In this document: positions 35,670 to 43,218 of the stretch, piece after piece | How the letters are laid out: each line of letters opens with the position of its first letter | Numbering within the stretch: position 1 is the first letter of the stretch | Assembly: GCF_004010195.1 (NCBI RefSeq) | Contig: NC_057718.1 | Location: 32,548,519 to 32,591,736 of the forward strand | Source of the DNA: Chiloscyllium plagiosum | Taxonomy: Eukaryota | Direction of reading: 5' to 3' | DNA: 43,218 nt | The notes under the pieces: model-generated | Databases searched by the model: none | The model's input: the letters and a program-made list of their open reading frames with translations, nothing else | What the model was told of the DNA's origin: nothing | Made by a program: the position numbers and the translations under genes

Positions 35670-36910
35670 AGAAAGTGAGGACTGCAGATGCTGGAGATCA
35701 GAGCTGAAAATATGTTGCTGGAAAAGCACAGCAGGTCAGGCAGCATCCAAGGAGCAGGAGAATTGGCGTTTCGGGCATGAGCCCTTCTTCAGGAATAAGG
35801 AAGGTGTGCCAAGCAGGCTAAGATAAAAGGTAGGGAGGAGGGACTTAGGGGAGGGGCGTTGGAAAGGTGATAGGTGGAAGGAGGTCAAGGTGAGGGTGAT
35901 AGGCCGGAGTGGGGGTGGGGCCGGAGAGGTCAGGAAGAAGATTGCAGGTTAGGAAGGCGGTGCTGAGTTTGAGGGATTTGACTGANNNNNNNNNNNNNNN
36001 NNNNNNNNNNNNNNNNNNNNNNNNNNNNNNNNNNNNNNNNNNNNNNNNNNNNNNNNNNNNNNNNNNNNNNNNNNNNNNNNNNNNNNNNNNNNNNNNNNNN
36101 NNNNNNNNNNNNNNNNNNNNNNNNNNNNNNNNNNNNNNNNNNNNNNNNNNNNNNNNNNNNNNNNNNNNNNNNNNNNNNNNNNNNNNNNNNNNNNNNNNNN
36201 NNNNNNNNNNNNNNNNNNNNNNNNNNNNNNNNNNNNNNNNNNNNNNNNNNNNNNNNNNNNNNNNNNNNNNNNNNNNNNNNNNNNNNNNNNNNNNNNNNNN
36301 NNNNNNNNNNNNNNNNNNNNNNNNNNNNNNNNNNNNNNNNNNNNNNNNNNNNNNNNNNNNNNNNNNNNNNNNNNNNNNNNNNNNNNNNNNNNNNNNNNNN
36401 NNNNNNNNNNNNNNNNNNNNNNNNNNNNNNNNNNNNNNNNNNNNNNNNNNNNNNNNNNNNNNNNNNNNNNNNNNNNNNNNNNNNNNNNNNNNNNNNNNNN
36501 NNNNNNNNNNNNNNNNGTCTTTGAAGAAGGAGGCCATCTGGGTTGTACGGTATTGGAACTGGTCCTCCTGGGAGCAGATGCGGCGGAAACGAAGGAATTG
36601 GGAATATGGGATGGCATTTTTACAGGGGGCAGGGTGGGAGGAGGTGTTGTCTAGGTAGCTGTGGGAGTCGGTCGGTTTATAGTAAATGTCCGTGTTGATT
36701 CGGTCGCCCGAGATAGAAATGGAAAGGTCTAGGAAGGGGAGGGAGGAGTCTGAGACGGTCCAGGTGAATTTGAAGTTGGGGTGGAAGGTGTTGGTAAAGT
36801 GGATGAACTGTTCAACCTCCTCGTGGGAGCACGAGGCAGCGCCGATACAGTCATCAATGTAGCGGAAGAAAAGGTGGGGGGTGGTGCCAGTGTAGCTGTG
36901 GAAGATGGAC
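35670..36910 (-). mobile_element. 5'-truncated Penelope-like retroelement (family C) spanning the assembly gap
   Basis: 9-bp TSD TGTAAGAGG (35661-35669 and 36911-36919). Open RT frame ...HLFFRYIDDCIGAASCSHEEVEQFIHFTNTFHP...LPFLD...YYKPTDSHSYL...IPYSQFLRFRRICS, with YIDD at 36850-36861. pLTR with hammerhead motif at ~35766-35792. Confidence 0.9.
35986..36516. other. Assembly gap (531 N)
   Basis: Run of N. Confidence 1.
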
Positions 36911-37879
36911 TGTAAGAGGTTGGTTAGGATGGTGCTTCTTTCTCTGGAGCATCGGAGGCTGAGGAGTGACCTTATGGAGGTTTATAAAATCATGAGTGGA
37001 ATAGATAAGATCAATAGCCGAGGTCTTTTTCCAAGGGTAGGGGAGGCCAAAATGAGAGAACATAGCTTTAAAGGTGAGAGGGGAAAGATTTAAAAGGAAC
37101 CTGAGGGGTAACTTTTTCAGACAGAGGGTGGTGTGTGCATGGAATGTGCTGCCAGAGGAAGTAGTGGAAGTGGATACAAGTGCAACATGTAAACAACATT
37201 GGGACATGTACATGAATAGGAAAGGTTTACAGGGGAATATGGACCAAACACAGGCAAATAGGATGAGTTAAGTTTCAGATGGTTGGTGTAGACAGGTTGG
37301 GTTGAAAACTCTGTTTCCATATTGTGTAACTCTATGACTCTATGTCTGTTCCTGCTTAGAATGTGTCCTTGCAGCAGCCTGACACTGATAGTTGCCAATA
37401 TGGCCTGAAGTACAGTATGGCCATACAGAGCATTCTGTAAGTGAATTAAAGATGTGCCATGATAATGTGGTGAGACTGACGCATGTTGGATGCCATCATC
37501 TATAGAAGTAAGGTGTGCACAGCTGGAGCCCTAGAGCTCCTGAGATGTTGATGCTGAGGTACCAAAGTGGCAGTGCAGAATTAAAGTCACCAGGTCCACG
37601 TTCTGACTGTCATGTTGGGAACTGTCAATGTCTAGTTTCCTCAAAGTGGCTAGTAAGATCGGAAGCCGCATATTCGTGAGGCAAGATATGCAGTCAATGA
37701 GGCTGACAACAGTAATGATCACCATTAATAGGCATCTCATCGTTACTGGCGAGTATCTTGTTCCGAGGCCTGGAATCCATATTTCTCACTATAGAATTGT
37801 AGAATTCCTACAGTGACAAAACAGGCCATCCACCCATTAAGTCTATACTGACCCTCCAAAGAGCAGCTTTTCAATCATC

Positions 37880-38452
37880 AATGCCAAATGAACGCTATAC
37901 ATGTCCACCCATTTTGAATGGGCTTCCACAATGACCAAGAACATTGCGCCTGCATAGTCAACATGTCCAGGGTTTACCTGGTCATTCCCACAAATCTGGA
38001 GGAGCTGCTAGTGGTAATTTTTGTCCTTGTTGGCACTCTGGGCACTGCCCCATTGTCATTTGCCTGGAAAAAATAACACTTTGTTTCCATATACTGGGCC
38101 CAGTCTTTGACAGCAGGTCCAAACGAATTAAGCTTCTGAAATAAAGGCATGATGCCAGAAATATTGATCTCCAATTGAGTGAATTTTCTTCATGTGAGTA
38201 TTGTTTTCTCTCATCACCATTAAAATAACTCCAAGGAGGCAGGTATCCCTTCACCAATTCACTTTTTATTTATACATTCACAGTTCATGGACTCTGACAA
38301 TCTTGCTTAAAACCAGTCCCTGGAATGAGGAGACTCTCTGAAACACCTGTTTATATCTGTCAGCCAGGACTCCCTGATTGCCCCAAGTTAACAGCCCCAA
38401 TTGGGGAACTCATACTTGATGGTGTCCCCTTGGCCCTCATTCTGATCACTAC
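37880..38452 (-). mobile_element. Gypsy LTR retrotransposon relic: 5' LTR (38452-38220), PBS-like TGGTGATGAG (38219-38210), gag N-terminus and integrase fragment
   Basis: Gag-like MPLFQKLNSFGPAVKDWAQYME..CYFFQAND; integrase-like WE*PGKPW..HVDYAG..MFLVIVEAHSKWVD (37990-37900). Confidence 0.75.
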
Positions 38453-38684
38453 GCCTCTTTAGCCTGCATTCTCTCAGACCACTTGAAACACTATATTCCT
38501 ACCTTTATTTCAACACAGGCAACAGGTCTGAACTGAGACCCAACCAATAGAATTTAATCATGTATTTTTAATGCACTTACCAATGAGCAACTAGAGAATA
38601 CCTGCAGTATTTAATTATTTTTGTATCACTTAACTCTTACAAGACATTGATGAAGTTATGATTAATTAAAGAACAAAATGTGTT

Positions 38685-39040
38685 GATTTAGCACCTTTCA
38701 TGATCTCAAGAGTTAGCTTGACAGACAGTTAATTACTTTTTGAATTGTAGTTGTTTGGTGATGAAAGAATTGTAACAGCCAATTTGCACATAAAAGACTA
38801 CCAGAAATAGTAATGCAATGGTGACAAGAGAGAATATTCAGTTGGTTGAGGGATAAAGATTAACCAGGGTATCTGAGGATAACTCCTGTGGCTCTTCTTC
38901 GAAGATCTACATATATCTGAGACAGCAGATCGAGCTTTTGTTAATGTGTTGGTAGTGCCAACGGTGCAGAATGTCACCACAGATCAAGTCTCTAGAGTTG
39001 GACTTGTAACCACAATTTTCAAAGTGGAATGCTACCAATC
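38685..39040 (-). mobile_element. Ancient Deu-domain SINE (SacSINE1/AmnSINE1-like) relic
   Basis: GGTTGAGGGATAAAGATTAACCAGGG...GGATAACTCCTGTGGCTCTTCTTCGAA matches my recollection of the reverse-complement Deu core; related bit at ~23600-23660. Confidence 0.5.
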
Positions 39041-40206
39041 TTCAAGCTGCTACAGCAATAATCCACACTCATTCCCAGTGCTTTTCAGAACACAGTTGTA
39101 TTTTACTTCCAGTTACAATTTTGACTGAACATAACAATAGCAATTAAAACATATATATCAATCAGAAAAGATTAGTTGAATCTTTAAGTGTAGTCTCTGA
39201 TTCATCATAATAGTCATAATCACACACCCAATCACTCGGGTCAGAAGTTCATCATTGCTTCAGATTTTCTGATTTATAAGTTTTAACTCCCTGACTCACC
39301 TCTAGCAAATTTGCATAATAGTAATTTCACAAATTGCTGTGATGTCGAGGGTTACCACATAAAATTTCCCTACAACATACTTAATGACTGCTATCAGACA
39401 TGGAAAATATTCACTTCCAAATGTCTGTAACTGAAAAAACCTGAACAAAGAAAACTAGTAAAAAAAACACAGGTGACCAGCCGAGACTGCAGAATCTACC
39501 TGTTATCTTGTCTCCTTCGCATTAGCCATTTTTCAACTGACTCACAAATACCCACCCTTTCAGTTTCCCAATCATAGAAGTCGCAACAAAGAAAGTTGAC
39601 ATCAGCACATAACAATATTTTGGATTCTGGCATTAGATCCTCATGACAACTACATACTCTAAACTTATTTGTTTACACAGTCAATCCTGGTTTCTAACCA
39701 TAGACACCTTCTATAGTTTTGTCATGAAACTTATGGGATGTACCTATCCTTTGTCATTAATGCAGGATGTAAGTACAATGCTGAAGCTGTTGATGACAGT
39801 GCAGACTATTATATGCCTGACAACAAAACTGCACATGAGCGAGATATTGGTTCCATGCAATTTAATTGGAAGGAAGCAACATCCTTTCCTAGGAGTGTAG
39901 ATTGGTCTGTTACAAGAATGAACAATAACTATATTTATTATAGCCTGGCACTTTCAGTAGAAATTTGAAAAGTCAACACTTTCCCAAAAGCTGTTTCCCT
40001 TTTGGAAACCTTTGTTTCTGATTTTAGCCGAATGCCTTTTTAGCAGAATACCTGTTGGAAAATTATCTTCCTGGTTGTTGATGAATTATTACTTTCTCTC
40101 AGAGCTCCAGGGTCTGTGAAATTAAATGTGGATGGGGTGATTTTATACATCAGTAAGGGAAGGAACTACACTGATAGTACAGTTATGAAGGTTGTCATAC
40201 CAAAGT

Positions 40207-40431
40207 CGGGGTTGGTTTATTTCAGTTGGCTGGATAGTTGGTTTGGGAAACGGTGTGATGCCAACACAATTCAATTCCCACACTGACTGAAGTTACCACT
40301 GAAGGACTCTTCTTTTCAACTTCTCTCCCCTCATTTGAGGTATGGTGGCCCTCAATTTAAATCACAACCAGTCATCTCTCTCTAATGAGAGAGAAGCTGT
40401 ATCGTCTGATCAGACTATGATGACTTGACAT
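40207..40431 (+). mobile_element. tRNA-derived SINE (second family) with TSD
   Basis: 11-bp TSD CATACCAAAGT (40196-40206 and 40434-40444); homologous to 25272-25491. Confidence 0.75.
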
Positions 40432-40599
40432 GACATACCAAAGTTAAGAGTGCACAGACAGAGGTGAGATGAGTGACCACTGGATAGCCTAAGGGAAGAA
40501 GGGCAGGAATCTCCTGAGTTTTCTTTCACTAGCTGTCCAGATTTCTATTTGGACACTGGCAAGGAAGAGTACAACAAAAGACAAGTTCACAGGAGGCTC

Positions 40600-40980
40600 A
40601 GCTTCACAGGAGTTGCAAAAGAAGGTTGGAATGCCAATAGTTACAGGGGATTTGATAGTCAGGGGAACAGAGAGGTGTTTCACAGGCCGCGGACATGATT
40701 TTGGGGGTAGTATATTGTCCTCTTGATGGCAGGTCAAAGATGTAACTAAATAGCTGCAGGACATTCATTTGGAGGGGGTGAATGACCAGTGACCATTGTC
40801 AATATTGGTACCAATAATATATGTAGGAAGTAGGATTAGAATCTGAAAGATTACTACAGGGAGTTTTCAAGGAAATTACAAAGCAGGATCCAAAAAGCAA
40901 TAATCTGGGAAATGGCCCATGCTGTTGAGCATAGAAATATGAGGATTGAGCAATTCTACATGTGTCTGGAGAATTGGTGT
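40600..40980 (+). mobile_element. Degenerate CR1 ORF1 SGNH-esterase domain fragment
   Basis: IVTGDLIVRGTERCF (GDS-like block I) and IVNIGTNN (GxND-like block III) in broken frames. Confidence 0.65.
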
Positions 40981-41179
40981 GTGTGTGTCTGTCTGTGTGG
41001 CAGCGGTGGGAGGGAACATTGAATTTCCTGAAGACTTAATGGACAAAAATGGATGCATTGTACCTTTGCAGGAGGAAGGCTTGCCCATCTGGATATATGG
41101 AAGCTAGTAAGACCGAAATCAAGACTGCTTTCTTTTCAGATAGAGTTTATTTACTATTCTGTCTTACCCTCATTCTAGG

Positions 41180-41295
41180 TATTTTCTAATCAATCTGTTC
41201 AGATGTGTTATGAGACTCCACTGGAGAAGATTGGACATAAATAAGAGCTTCCTAATTTAGAGGTAGGGATACTACCACTACAACACAAAAACCCT
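41180..41295 (-). mobile_element. Short tRNA-like SINE relic; related + strand copy at ~32165-32275
   Basis: Minus strand GTGTTGTAGTGGTAGTATCCCTACCTCT... resembles GAGGTAGTGTCCCTGTCTCT...GGGTTCAAGT at 32179. Confidence 0.4.
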
Positions 41296-42428
41296 TCACA
41301 GCTTTGGGTTCACAAATCTGACCTACTCATCCAGTCAATTGATCAATTAGCCCAGTCAGCGAGTTAATAACTTGCAATATTAATTAATTTGCCTCTTTTT
41401 AAATAAAATGTCATAAGATATACAAACAATAGTCATAGAGAAGTAATTGAAGTGTCTTTTTCATATTCTATATCTCTCCTTATAATCAATCAGAAATCAT
41501 TTTCTTCGTATTTAATATAATACAACAAATCTTTCATATTCCCCCTTCTTTCTTTTAAAGTTTATTCACAAAGTGATTCAGGCTAAAATTGATTGTTTTT
41601 CATGTTCTTATAACCACCTTTACCACCAGGCATCCATGTTTAAGGATCTCCAATAATTTATTGGAGCAAGAACGGTTGTTAAACTATTTAATAGCTACTG
41701 ATCGTGCCTATCCAATTTATTTTAGAAATCTCTTTCTATCATTTCCTTTATGCTAGCAAGGTCAGTCCTCAGGATTTTCTCAGTGACACCCTGTGTTGAA
41801 TAGACATTGACCCAAAGAGAATTTTCGATGGGAAAACTTTTCTAATGCTGCCACTTGTGTGGGATTTCTTTCAGAATATTGGATAAACACCCTGAATTTA
41901 TAGCTTTGACTGGCATCAATGTTTCATCAGCTAAGAGACTTTGAACTAAACTTTAATTTTCTTGGCTTCCCAGGCAAATGAACATTTGTTATTCTTTCCC
42001 AGCAAGAATATGATTAATCCTCCCTTACTCAAATAGCCATTTGGAAGATTGGCATGTGAATTTTTGCGAAAAAGGACAACCTTCATATTTTCTGGATCAT
42101 CCAAAGCTAGAAACTCAATGTGCAATTTTTTCTGAATTTAACTCCTTTAATGTTTATTTTCAAACTTCCTCAACATTAGTATGTTTTGTCATAGTACCAA
42201 TACTCCTTATCTGGTAACAGTCTAGTCTGAGTGCACAGTCAGTTTGAATGTCCAATCAAATTCTCAACTGGCCTGTTTCTTTCCTGAATGCAAAATCATC
42301 TTTCTGGAAGGACCCAGCCACACTTATCAGAATATGCTTTCCAAGTAAGACTGCTGAGTTATAATCACTCCTGAATTGTTTTGTTTTATATCTAATTCTA
42401 CATATTTGAAGTCTCTTTAAGCCTTACT

Positions 42429-43218
42429 TAGAGTCATTGAGTCATAGAGATCCATGCCGATCAGATATCCCAACCTAATCTAGTCACACCTGCCAGCACC
42501 CGGCCCATATCCCTCCAAATGCTTCCTACTCATATACCCATCCAAATGCCTCTTAAATGTTGCAATTCTACCAGCCTCCACCACATCCTCTGGCAGCTCA
42601 TTCTATAACGTACCACCCCCTGCGTGAAAAAGTTGCCCCTTAGGTCTCTTTTGTATATTTCCCCTCTCACCCTAAACCTACGCGCTCTAGTTCTGGACTC
42701 CCCGACCCCAGGGAAAAGACTGCCTATTTACCCTATTAATGCCCCTCATAATTTTTTAAACCTCTATAAGGTCACCCCTCAGCCTCTGACGTTCCAGGGA
42801 AAACAGCCCCAACCTGTTCAGCCTCTCCCTATAGCTCAAATCATCCAACCCTGGCAACATCTTTGTAAATCTTTTCTGAACCCTTTCAAGTTTTACAACA
42901 TCTTTCCAATAGGAATGAGACCAGAATTGCACACAGTATTCCAACAGTGGCCTAACCAGCCGCAACATGACCTCCCAACTCCTGTACTCAATACTCTGAC
43001 CAAGAAAGGAAAGCAGATCAAACGCTTATACCCGAAACGTCGATTCTCTTGTTCCTTTGATGCTGCCTGGCCTGCTGCACTTTTCCAGCAACACATTTTT
43101 AAGCGTTCTTCACTATCCTATCTACCTGCGCCTCTATTTTCAAGGAACTATGAACATGCACTCCAAGGTCTCTTTGTTCAGCAACACACCCCAGGATCTT
43201 ACCATTAAGTGTATAAGT
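42429..43218 (-). mobile_element. CR1 LINE 3' part of ORF2 plus 3'UTR, continuing beyond the right edge
   Basis: [38 protein letters not shown]...[22 protein letters not shown]; tail TAGAGTCATTGAGTCATAGAG on + strand. Confidence 0.92.
43025..43104 (+). mobile_element. Short PLE pLTR fragment (family C) inserted into the CR1
   Basis: GCTTATACCCGAAACGTCGATTCTCTTGTTCC...TTTTCCAGCAACACATTTTTAAGC is homologous to 27912-27991; CR1 sequence resumes at TTCTTCACTATCC. Confidence 0.8.

Larger units (their letters stand above)
35511..37344 (+). mobile_element. CR1 ORF2 C-terminus plus 3'UTR, interrupted by a PLE
   Basis: [20 protein letters not shown] (from 35533) resumes after 36919 as ...SLEHRRLRSDLMEVYKIM...QRVVCAWNVLPEEVVE; tail CTCTATGACTCTATG. 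Confidence 0.85.

Noticed and set aside
35845..36658. Three long ORFs of 222-249 aa
   Set aside because: Artefacts of translating through the N gap.
42624..43208. 194-aa + strand ORF
   Set aside because: Antisense frame of a CR1 3' end plus a PLE insert; not a host gene.
13611..43218. EPAS1 exons or promoter CpG island
   Set aside because: No bHLH-PAS coding sequence or CpG island is visible; the neighbouring gene is outside the window if synteny holds.

Overview
Eukaryotic (vertebrate) genomic DNA, AT-rich and repeat-dense. The repeat complement (HE1/V-SINEs, CR1 LINEs with (CTATGACT)n tails, Penelope-like elements) points to a shark; this is inference. The only host coding sequence I can support is the last coding exon of PRKCE (protein kinase C epsilon; + strand, 10889-11035), which the ORF track missed, followed by a ~2.55 kb 3'UTR. 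Upstream is the final intron. Downstream is intergenic DNA, which in human leads to EPAS1. The rest is CR1 LINEs, SINEs, Gypsy LTR relics and at least three families of Penelope-like elements (PLEs) whose terminal repeats carry minimal hammerhead-ribozyme motifs. The most unusual structure is at 27724-28004: a young TSD-flanked PLE insertion with two inverted hammerhead-bearing arms enclosing a 33-nt spacer. That spacer, plus junction microhomology, is a perfect 38/38 reverse-complement copy of unique DNA 2.5 kb away (30402-30439). A 250-bp-period, retrozyme-like hammerhead dimer with its own TSD lies at 31329-31722. There is one assembly gap (35986-36516). Repeat family names come from sequence recognition, not database searches, and many repeat boundaries are approximate.
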